Shown here piece by piece: positions 34,579-42,347 of a stretch of 64,000 bases of DNA (position 1 is its first letter; each line of letters begins with the position of its first letter). Under the pieces are notes generated by a model. It made no database searches, had not been told where the DNA came from, and saw only the letters and a program-made list of their open reading frames with translations. Location of the stretch: positions 17,302 to 81,301 of the forward strand of contig JAXMBI010000030.1 in assembly GCA_046349955.1 (NCBI GenBank), in the 5' to 3' direction. The translations under genes and the position numbers were made by a program. This DNA comes from Pirellulales bacterium (GTDB lineage: Bacteria > Planctomycetota > Planctomycetia > Pirellulales > JBGAPH01).

Positions 34579-37125
34579 CTAAAACGGTCCGCCTAACGAG
34601 ACCCAGCGGACGAAGCGCTCCATCGGGAAGAGGCCGTCCCAGGGGCTGTCGAAAAAGGTCATGCGGCCGAGGTCGGGAAAGCGCTCGGCGCCGTTGGCAG
34701 CCGCGCGGCGCGCAAACTCCAGCCGCCGCGGGCCGTCGAGCGCCAGCCCCACGGTTTGAATCCCATGGTGGGCAAAGTCGGCCGCGGCCAATACATCGTC
34801 GATCGCGCGCACCGTGATTACCCGCGAGTAGCAGGGCTCGGCCAGGCCGCGCACGCCGAGCTCGTCGTAGAGCACGGTCCACTCGGTGCCGGACGATCGC
34901 CACACGTCGCCCGTCAGCTCGTAACGAATGCGGGCACTCTCCACCTTGGCGGCGGTGCCGGAGTCGATCGGCGCTTTGGGAATGCGGATCGCGGCCTTCG
35001 CCATTTCTTCAGCCAGGCGTTCGGCGAAGCCGCGCGGATCGCACTCAGCACCGCCCCGCTCGACGAAGATCGTGTGCGGCGAGGCGCAGGCATATTGATC
35101 GAAGACCGACGAGTCGGTCGCAGCGCCCCGCGCGGTGCGCTTCACCAGCCGCGGGGTAGCCAGCCGCTCGCGGCCGATCACCATGAACGACAGCTTGGGG
35201 CCGAAGATGATGTCTTCCGAGCCGTAACGACGCGGTAGCGCCAGCACCGATTCAATCGCCTCGCGGCCGCCCCAGGCCAGCCGCACGTCGGCCAGTTGCG
35301 AAAGCTCCGCCGCCGACTCGTAGTCATCGCGCGGGTAGTAAATCACCGCCGTAGCGGCCAGCAGATCGTCTCCGCGCAGCACGCGGCCCGAGGGCGAGGC
35401 CACCTCGAGGCCGCGGAAGGTTTCTAGCAGCGCCGGCAACACACTCGAGAACGTGCTCGCGGCCTTCAGCAGGTTCGCGTTGCGGGTGACCATCGACTGG
35501 GCGAGAGCCAGCATGCCCAACAGCGGCACATTGCCAGCCAACCAGTGGCTCACCAAACCGCGCGGCTGCGCCATCAGCAGCCGGCGGTTGCTGCCGTCTT
35601 CGGGGCGGAATCCATCGAGAAAGCCCCGCGCGCCGCGGAGCGAGCGGTCGGCCGTGTTCCGCATCGAGGGCGCCTGGCACCAACTCGAGAGGAACTGTAG
35701 CCCCTGCTGTCGTAGTGGCCCCAGCGGCGAATCGGGCGCTGCCCAGCGACGGGCCGCTGCGCCGATCAGAGCGATGATCTCGTCGGTCGTGTAATAATCG
35801 AGCCGCGCGCGGGCCGCCTTGAGGCGATCCGCCAGCGCTGGCAAGTCTTCGACCTGCGGCAATGCCTTGAGGTCGATCGGCGTAAGGAAGTTCCGCGGCG
35901 TGTAGTTGGCTTGGCCGTCGAACAGCAGCCGCACGTCGGAGGGCGGCGCATCTTCGGTCGATTGCTGCGCGGCGGCGCGAGCGGCACGCGGCCGGGCCAC
36001 CTTCTCGCTCATGATGTCGCCGCAGCCGCGCACTTCGGCCTTCTTGGCGCGGCCGAGAATGCGGAAGTGCGTGCCTTGCCAGCCGTCAGGACCCGTGCCG
36101 CGCTGCACCACAACGCCCACGTCGTCGGTCAGCACGGCGAGGCCGGGATACGAATGCGGCAGCGGCGTGAGGAACTCGAGCAGCCCTTCCTGCCCATCAG
36201 GCACAGGCTCAAACGTCGTGGGATCGCGGACCACGACTTCAGCGAACGCCGGAGCGCACTTGAGCCCGGTCGGCGAATCGGGGTAGGTGACCCCCATCTG
36301 TTCGGTGAAGCCGTAGAAGTCGACCACCGACTCGGGCGGCACGCCCAGCGCCTGGTGCATATCGGCATTGAAGCGGTCGCGGGCCACGCCTTGGTCGACC
36401 AGCTTCTTCCAGCCGCCGATGTGAATGACCTGCGAGCCAGGCGGCAGCTTGAACGACTTGCCCTGCTCCAGCAGCGGCTTCACCGCGTTGATGTAGAGCA
36501 CAAACGTGAAGCCGAACACGCAGACCGGCTCGCCAGCGGCGCTGAACTCCTCGAGCGCGGCCAGGAAAGCCGGCTCATCGAGCGTGAGCCCGCCAGCGCC
36601 CTGCTGCATGAAGTAGCGGGCTTCGCGGGCGAGGTTCAAGAATCCGCGCACCGCCGCGCCGCGGGCGCCGAGCCCCGTTGGGCCAGCCTGGCGGGGATCG
36701 ACATCCAAAACCAGAAACGGCCGCCGCCGCTGGCCGAGCACTTCGCCGATCACCGACGCGAGAGCCCTCACTTGTCGCTTCGCGGTCAGCTTGTCGACGA
36801 GCACGGTGCTAGGCACGCCGCTCGTGGCTGACGACTGCAGCCGCGTCTTGATCTCGCTCGCATCGACACTGGCCAGCAGTTCGCCGTTTTCCTTGAAGGC
36901 TTGCACCGGCAAGTAGGGGAACTCGGCGTAGTCGGCGAAGGCGTGGTCGAGCGACAGGCCGCGCCGCTCGCAGTAGCGGCGATAGGCCGGGCAATGGGCG
37001 AAGTGATGTCGGTAGGCCTCGTGCAGGGCCTCCATCAGCCGCGCGCGCTTCTGCTCCTCCGGCAACCCATAGGGCGGCAGAGAGAAGAGCTCGTCGATCA
37101 CACTCGTCTGGGCTTCAACCGACAT
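34579..37125 (-). CDS. fused acyl-protein synthetase (LuxE-like) / acyl reductase (LuxC-like), 848 aa
   Basis: The N-terminal half reads ELFSLPPYGLPEEQKRARLMEALHEAYRHHFAHCPAYRRYCERRG ... and has the adenylate-forming core of the LuxE / coenzyme F390 synthetase type. The C-terminal half is LuxC/ALDH-like (LVSHWLAGNVPLLGMLALAQS ... FDQYACASPHTIFVE). The family assignment is from sequence pattern memory, not from a search. Confidence 0.8.
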   Translation of the reverse strand: MSVEAQTSVIDELFSLPPYGLPEEQKRARLMEALHEAYRHHFAHCPAYRRYCERRGLSLDHAFADYAEFPYLPVQAFKENGELLASVDASEIKTRLQSSATSGVPSTVLVDKLTAKRQVRALASVIGEVLGQRRRPFLVLDVDPRQAGPTGLGARGAAVRGFLNLAREARYFMQQGAGGLTLDEPAFLAALEEFSAAGEPVCVFGFTFVLYINAVKPLLEQGKSFKLPPGSQVIHIGGWKKLVDQGVARDRFNADMHQALGVPPESVVDFYGFTEQMGVTYPDSPTGLKCAPAFAEVVVRDPTTFEPVPDGQEGLLEFLTPLPHSYPGLAVLTDDVGVVVQRGTGPDGWQGTHFRILGRAKKAEVRGCGDIMSEKVARPRAARAAAQQSTEDAPPSDVRLLFDGQANYTPRNFLTPIDLKALPQVEDLPALADRLKAARARLDYYTTDEIIALIGAAARRWAAPDSPLGPLRQQGLQFLSSWCQAPSMRNTADRSLRGARGFLDGFRPEDGSNRRLLMAQPRGLVSHWLAGNVPLLGMLALAQSMVTRNANLLKAASTFSSVLPALLETFRGLEVASPSGRVLRGDDLLAATAVIYYPRDDYESAAELSQLADVRLAWGGREAIESVLALPRRYGSEDIIFGPKLSFMVIGRERLATPRLVKRTARGAATDSSVFDQYACASPHTIFVERGGAECDPRGFAERLAEEMAKAAIRIPKAPIDSGTAAKVESARIRYELTGDVWRSSGTEWTVLYDELGVRGLAEPCYSRVITVRAIDDVLAAADFAHHGIQTVGLALDGPRRLEFARRAAANGAERFPDLGRMTFFDSPWDGLFPMERFVRWVSLGGPF

Positions 37126-37144
37126 CGCTGCTCACGGCTGTTCT

Positions 37145-37336
37145 AACCACGGAGACACGGAGGCACGGAGAGAATCTCTTTCAACCACGAAGACACAAAG
37201 ACACGAAGAGAATGCAGATCAACATCTTTGTTTCTCGCAAAGGCGCAGAGCCCGCAAAGGAAAGTCATTCAAAACTTTGCGAGCTCTGCGCCTTGGCGAG
37301 AACTTTCTTTCTTTGTGTCTTCGGGCCTTTGTGGTT
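37145..37336. repeat. palindromic intergenic repeat element, copy B (composite)
   Basis: Two tandem purine-periodic modules lie at 37145-37173 and 37183-37211. A hairpin with 27-bp arms lies at 37233-37259 / 37275-37301. An inverted copy of the module lies at 37307-37336. The left hairpin arm is 23/27 identical to copy A. Confidence 0.7.
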
Positions 37337-37348
37337 AAGCAATTTGGT

Positions 37349-38503
37349 TTACAAGGCTCTTTGCAGGACTTCGTCGATCAGGGCTGGGTCGACGCGGCGG
37401 GGGTTGGCGCGGCAGCAGATGTCTTCGAGCGCGCCTTCGCGGATTGCTGCCCGCTCCGGCACGACGCGGTCGAGGCCGCCTTCGATCACCGTGCGCAAGC
37501 GGTCGTCGGCGTCGAGCGTTGCCCGCAACTCATCGATGCTGGCCACCAAGGCCCGTTCATCGGCCAAGCCGATTTTCTGCGCGAGGCGACGATACCCTGC
37601 CCGCGCTTTATCTTCCATTTGATTCACTTCGATCGACGGCACGAGCAGCGCACCACACGCCAGGCCGTGCGGCACATGGAAGCGGCCAAGCTGATGGGCG
37701 ACCGCGTGGCCGATCCCAGGCACCTTTTGGTTTTGCACCCAGCCGGCCAGCAAGGCGGCCTCCATCATTTCGAGCCGCGCGTCGAGATCGTCGGGATCGC
37801 GGAACGTGCGCGGCAGCGCCGCGAGAATCATTTCCGTCGCCTTCTCGGCCAGCGCGTCGGCCAGCGGATTGGCGAAGTTCGACACGTAGCTTTCGACCGC
37901 ATGGGCCAAGGCATCGAGCCCCGCCGCGGCGATCGCCGCCGGAGGCACGCCGACCGTGAGCGTCGGGTCGAGCACCGCCACGTCAGGCAATAAGTCATGC
38001 GATACGATGGGCCGCTTCCGCCCGGTTGTGGTGTCGGTGAAAACGGCCGCCGAGCTGACCTCGGAGCCGGTGCCGGCGGTCGTTGGCACGGCGACGAAGC
38101 GGGCTTTGCCACGCAGCTTCGGCAGGGCGAACGGCCGAGCAATCCGCTCGACCTCCGCCTCGGGCTGCTCGTAGAACACCCAGGCGAGCTTGGCCGCATC
38201 GAGCACGGAGCCGCCGCCGATGGCCACGATCCAATCGGGGCGTTGCTCAGCGAGCGCGGCCGCTACCGGCTGCAATGATTCGAGACTCGGCTCGCCGCGC
38301 GGGGCCGCCACCAGCCGCATATCGACAGCGCCGATCGCCTTTTCGATACGGGCAGTTAGCTCGGCGTTGGCCAAGATCGACGGCGAGATGATCACGGTTG
38401 CCCGCGCCGCTTCGAGCGACTTGAGCGCAGCCAGGCTGCCGCGGCCGACGAAGATCTCGCCAGCGCTCACAAATCTCGGCAGAGGCAATCGCAGTCGCAG
38501 CAT
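37349..38503 (-). CDS. iron-containing (group III) alcohol dehydrogenase
   Basis: IVAIGGGSVLDAAK nucleotide-binding motif. His-rich metal site contexts are LDALAHAVESY and HAVAHQLG. 384 aa. Confidence 0.9.
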   Translation of the reverse strand: MLRLRLPLPRFVSAGEIFVGRGSLAALKSLEAARATVIISPSILANAELTARIEKAIGAVDMRLVAAPRGEPSLESLQPVAAALAEQRPDWIVAIGGGSVLDAAKLAWVFYEQPEAEVERIARPFALPKLRGKARFVAVPTTAGTGSEVSSAAVFTDTTTGRKRPIVSHDLLPDVAVLDPTLTVGVPPAAIAAAGLDALAHAVESYVSNFANPLADALAEKATEMILAALPRTFRDPDDLDARLEMMEAALLAGWVQNQKVPGIGHAVAHQLGRFHVPHGLACGALLVPSIEVNQMEDKARAGYRRLAQKIGLADERALVASIDELRATLDADDRLRTVIEGGLDRVVPERAAIREGALEDICCRANPRRVDPALIDEVLQRAL

Positions 38504-38675
38504 GATTAGTAGCCAGCACTCTCCGAGTGCTGAATGCTTGGGAAGATCGTTGGTTACTCAATCCGCGTTGTGTCTCGATCTCGCTTCCCGCGAGCGGCGG
38601 GGTTTACCCCCGCCGTCCGGAAACCGCGAAGGGCTTTCTTCGGCTCGTCATCACTCGAGCGTGATCCCGCTTCAG

Positions 38676-40250
38676 TTACGGCACACGGAGTGTGCCTACT
38701 ACTTCGGCCAACCGCTTGGCCAGCTCTTGGCGTTTGGTCTTGCCGGTATCGCTGCGGGGAACCTGCTCGATCAACGCAAAGTGCCCCGGCACCTTGAACT
38801 TCTCGAGCGACGCCAGGCAGTGTTTTTCGAGGGCCACCAGGTCGACGCTCGCGCCTGCGGCCGCCACGATGCCGGCGACGACGGTTTCGCCGGTGAAGCC
38901 GTCGAGCCCTTCGACCCCCGCCACGCCGACGCTCTCGACCCCCGGGAAGCCAGCAATGGCTTGCTCAACTTCCGTGGGATTCACCTTGTAGCCGCCGACG
39001 TTGATGAAGTCCTTGATCCGCCCCGTGATGCTCAGGTTGCCGTCTTCATCGAAGCGGCCGAGATCGCCGGTGTGCAGCCAACCGTCTTGAAACACGGCCT
39101 GCGTCGCTTCGTCGTCTTCCCAGTAACCGCTCGTGACCGTGGGGCCCGAGATCAGCACCTCGCCGCTGCCGTCGGCGATCTCGCGATCAACAGGACGCAG
39201 CTTGATCTGCACGCCGCGCATCGGGCGGCCGACCGAGCGGTATTTTGCCGGCCCCAATTGCGTAAGCGAGGCGAAGCACGAGCGGCTAGCCTCGGTGAGG
39301 CCGTAGTAAACCATGATGTCAAGGGTCGGCAGCAACTCTTGAAGCTGCACGGTGCGCTCCGGCGGCAGGGGCGCCGAGTTGATCACCGTGAATCGCAGCT
39401 TCCGACAACGCTGGGCAAGCACCGGGCCGAACTTGTCGATGAGCATGCCGAAGCCCAGCGGCGTGCCGGGGAAGCCGGTCGCGCCCCATTCGTCGATCGT
39501 CTTGAGCACGCGGCCCACGCGCGTCAGGCCGTTTTCGGTGTACACCGCGCCGCCGGAAAGCAGATTGCAGTAGACGTGCCCTAGGCCGAAGTTGTGCGAC
39601 AGCGGCAGGATCACCACCTCGCGGTCGTCGGGCGTATAGCCGACGAACTCGCAGATGTTTCGCAGGGCGGTCAGCGCGTTGCGATGCGTGAGCTTGACGC
39701 CCTTGGGCCGGCCGGTGGTGCCGGTCGTGTACATGAGGGCGGCCAAGTCGTCGGGCGAGCGGCCGACCGGCGCCGCAAGCGGTTTGGTCGCCATCAATTC
39801 TTCCGCACTGTGGACCGCCGCGCCGTCAGCAGCGCCGTCGGTAGCCTTGCCAAACAGCACCACGCGCTCAACCGTCGATCCAACGACCGCCAGCGACAGT
39901 CGCTCAAGCGAGGCCGAATCGGTCACGAGCACGCGCGGCCGGCAGCTTCCGGCAATCGCCGCGTAGCCGCTCGCGGTGATTTGCGCATCGCAGGGAACAC
40001 TGACCGCGCCCGCCGCGAGCGCTGCAAAGTGCCCCCGCAGCAGGTTCACGCTGTTGGGAAGCACGAGCGAAACGCGGTCGCCCGGCGCCACGCCGAGTTG
40101 CGTGAAACCGCGCGCGAGACGCAAGAGTTGATCGGCCAGCTCGGCGTAGTTGACCGCCTCATTCGGATCGGCCAGCGCAGGGCGATCGTTCCACCGCGCC
40201 GCGCCGGTGGTGACGATCTCGGACAGCAGCGTTACGCCGGGGAATGCCAC
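38676..40250 (-). CDS. AMP-dependent synthetase/ligase (acyl-carrier-protein or CoA ligase)
   Basis: AMP-binding motif MYTTGTTGRPKGV, core YGLTE, and TGDLGRFDEDGNLSITGRIKD. GTG 40250 is the likely start, 8 nt after the upstream ACP stop; the extension to 40409 is Arg/Gly-rich and overlaps the ACP gene. Confidence 0.9.
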   Translation of the reverse strand: MAFPGVTLLSEIVTTGAARWNDRPALADPNEAVNYAELADQLLRLARGFTQLGVAPGDRVSLVLPNSVNLLRGHFAALAAGAVSVPCDAQITASGYAAIAGSCRPRVLVTDSASLERLSLAVVGSTVERVVLFGKATDGAADGAAVHSAEELMATKPLAAPVGRSPDDLAALMYTTGTTGRPKGVKLTHRNALTALRNICEFVGYTPDDREVVILPLSHNFGLGHVYCNLLSGGAVYTENGLTRVGRVLKTIDEWGATGFPGTPLGFGMLIDKFGPVLAQRCRKLRFTVINSAPLPPERTVQLQELLPTLDIMVYYGLTEASRSCFASLTQLGPAKYRSVGRPMRGVQIKLRPVDREIADGSGEVLISGPTVTSGYWEDDEATQAVFQDGWLHTGDLGRFDEDGNLSITGRIKDFINVGGYKVNPTEVEQAIAGFPGVESVGVAGVEGLDGFTGETVVAGIVAAAGASVDLVALEKHCLASLEKFKVPGHFALIEQVPRSDTGKTKRQELAKRLAEVVGTLRVP

Positions 40251-40258
40251 GAGAGTGC

Positions 40259-40525
40259 TCAGGCCGCTCCACGCTGCGCGAGATACCGCTTGAGCAAGTC
40301 CTGCAGGTCGCCAATCGACTCCACGTCGATCGCGTCGGCCACGTCGAAGGCCACATCGAACTCCTTCTCCACGGCCATCAGCAGGTTGACGTGCCCGATC
40401 GAGTCCCACTCCGGCAGGTCGCCGGCCGCCAGGTCTTCGTCATACTGCGAGGGGTCGATCTTGAGGACGTCGAGCACCACTTGCTTCAGCTTCTCTTCCA
40501 CTTGGCCAGCCTCGTTCACTTGCAT
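40259..40525 (-). CDS. acyl carrier protein (88 aa)
   Basis: Phosphopantetheine-attachment context DLPEWDSIGHVNLLMAVEKEF. Acidic four-helix-type sequence. The start overlaps the SDR stop by 10 nt. Confidence 0.85.
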   Translation of the reverse strand: MQVNEAGQVEEKLKQVVLDVLKIDPSQYDEDLAAGDLPEWDSIGHVNLLMAVEKEFDVAFDVADAIDVESIGDLQDLLKRYLAQRGAA

Positions 40526-41262
40526 GTCAGCCCTCCATCCACGATCAATTCGGTTCCGGTGATCCAGCGGGCATCGCTCGAGGCCAGGAAGGCGATCGCC
40601 GCGGCGACGTCTTCCGGCTCGCCCAGCCCCAGCGGGTGCGCGGCCGCGATCGCCTGCGCTTGCTCAGGCGGCAACCCGCCGAGAAAGGCGTCGCTCATCG
40701 GAGTCTTCACGACGCCAGGAACTACGTTGTTCACCCGCACCTTGCGCGGCGCCAGTTCCACCGCCAAGCTGCGGCCCAGCGACAACAGCGCTCCCTTGGC
40801 CGCCGAATAGGCCGATACGGCCGAGCCGCCGCGAATGGCCGCACCCGAGGAGACCAGCACGATGCTGGCGGCTTCTTTGTCGGCCACCTTGACGAAGGCC
40901 CTTACGGCGGCGACCGCGCTGATCACGTTGGCGCGGAACATTTCTTCGTAGTTGGCCGACTGCGACACGGCGAGCGGCCGCGTTTGATGAGCGCCGGCGC
41001 ACAGCACGGCCGCGTGAAACGGGCCAAGCTCCTCGCGGAGCGGCTTGAGCGCCGCGGCGAGCGCCTTCTCATCGACCGCGTCGCAGGCGATCGTGCGGTG
41101 TCCTTCGCCGGACAGTTGGGCAACCGCGGCCGCGAGCTTGTCTTCCGAGCGGGCGACCAGCACCACGCGGGCGCCTTCGTCGGCCAGCCGCTTGGCGGCG
41201 GCCAGGCCGATGCCGGAGGAGCCGCCGGTGATCAGGGCCAGTTTGTTGGCAAAGCGCTGCAT
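40516..41262 (-). CDS. SDR-family oxidoreductase (FabG-like ketoreductase)
   Basis: TGGSSGIG cofactor motif, NVISA, and catalytic YSAAKGAL (Y-x3-K). 248 aa. Confidence 0.9.
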   Translation of the reverse strand: MQRFANKLALITGGSSGIGLAAAKRLADEGARVVLVARSEDKLAAAVAQLSGEGHRTIACDAVDEKALAAALKPLREELGPFHAAVLCAGAHQTRPLAVSQSANYEEMFRANVISAVAAVRAFVKVADKEAASIVLVSSGAAIRGGSAVSAYSAAKGALLSLGRSLAVELAPRKVRVNNVVPGVVKTPMSDAFLGGLPPEQAQAIAAAHPLGLGEPEDVAAAIAFLASSDARWITGTELIVDGGLTCK

Positions 41263-41315
41263 GCCAGAGTTCCTGGGGAGAGCGAGCAGCGACTTCTCGA
41301 GGTGGAGCGCAACCG

Positions 41316-41534
41316 CTAGGCCGCGTAGCCCAAGATGTCGCCAAAGGTGCGGAGGTCGGCGATCTTGTTGCGCGGCACCTCGACCCCCAACTCATCGAGC
41401 ACCACGATCAGGCTCAAGAGCTGTACGGAGTCGAAGTTAGGCAGATCGGCGAGGTTGGTTTGCGGCTGCAAGTCGTTCGGCGTCACTTCGAGCAGATCGG
41501 CCACCGCTTCGCGAATTTCCTGTTCCGACGGCAT
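41316..41534 (-). CDS. acyl carrier protein (72 aa)
   Basis: Attachment context LADLPNFDSVQLLSLIVVLDE. Small acidic protein. Confidence 0.8.
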   Translation of the reverse strand: MPSEQEIREAVADLLEVTPNDLQPQTNLADLPNFDSVQLLSLIVVLDELGVEVPRNKIADLRTFGDILGYAA

Positions 41535-41663
41535 CGTTCGCCCACATAGGTCCGGTAGTCAGGGGTGTCGCCACAACGGCCCGAATCGGTGCGGCGGCTG
41601 CGACCGGCGCGCAACACCACACCCTTGATTCTAGGCCAGTCCCGCCCAAGAAATCGCTTGGGC

Positions 41664-42347
41664 TTAAGCAGTCGACCCGTCGGTGGCGGGTTTGCTGATA
41701 ATCCGGGCTGGAACCCCCATCACGGTGACATGAGGCTCCACGCTGCGAATTACATAAGAGCTCGACCCTACGGTCGCGCCTTCCCCCACGCGCTTGTAGG
41801 GGTGAATAACTGCATTTGATCCTACAAAGGCCAAGCGGTCAAGGATGCAGCCGCCGTTGAGCTTAGCCCCCGGGCAAAGCTGCGCGAAATCACCCGTAAC
41901 ACTGTGATGACCGACGCCCACCTGGGTGTTGATCAGCACGTGGCGGCCGATCACGGCCTGCGGGGCGATGACGGTGAGGGCGCCCACATAGGTCCCTTCG
42001 CCAATGCTGGCGTCGGGTCCGATCACCACGCTCGAATGCACGAGGGTGGCCGGCCGCAGCCCGCGCGACTCGAGAAAGATGGCGACCTTCTGACGCTGCC
42101 GGTTGGCGCCGATGGCGCCGTGGAACCACGTGCCGGCTCCAAGATCGCGGGCGACCTCTTCGGTTGTGCCGAGGATCGGCAGGTCTTCGTAGGTTTCGCC
42201 CTTGCGGTTGGGGTTATCGTCGGCGAAGCCAAGCACGTTCCAACGGAATTCCTGGGTGCCCGTCTCGTTCATGTCGTGGGCGACCCACAGCACTTCGCTG
42301 CCAAATCCGCCGGCGCCAACGATTACCAGGTTGCGTGTTTCGGACAT
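41664..42347 (-). CDS. NeuD/PglD/VioB-family hexapeptide-repeat N-acyltransferase
   Basis: The N-terminal Rossmann-like LVIVGAGGFGSEV is followed by left-handed beta-helix hexapeptide repeats (VHSSVVIGPDASIGEGTYVGALTVIAPQAVIGRHVLINTQVGVGHHSVTGDFAQLCPGAKLNG). Confidence 0.9.
   Translation of the reverse strand: MSETRNLVIVGAGGFGSEVLWVAHDMNETGTQEFRWNVLGFADDNPNRKGETYEDLPILGTTEEVARDLGAGTWFHGAIGANRQRQKVAIFLESRGLRPATLVHSSVVIGPDASIGEGTYVGALTVIAPQAVIGRHVLINTQVGVGHHSVTGDFAQLCPGAKLNGGCILDRLAFVGSNAVIHPYKRVGEGATVGSSSYVIRSVEPHVTVMGVPARIISKPATDGSTA

Noticed and set aside
37212-37622. 136-aa plus-strand ORF (MQINIFVSRKGAEPAKE...) and the minus ORF 34496..34903 reading through the intergenic repeats
   Set aside because: The translations are artefacts of the palindromic repeat elements, and each overlaps a well-supported gene on the other strand.
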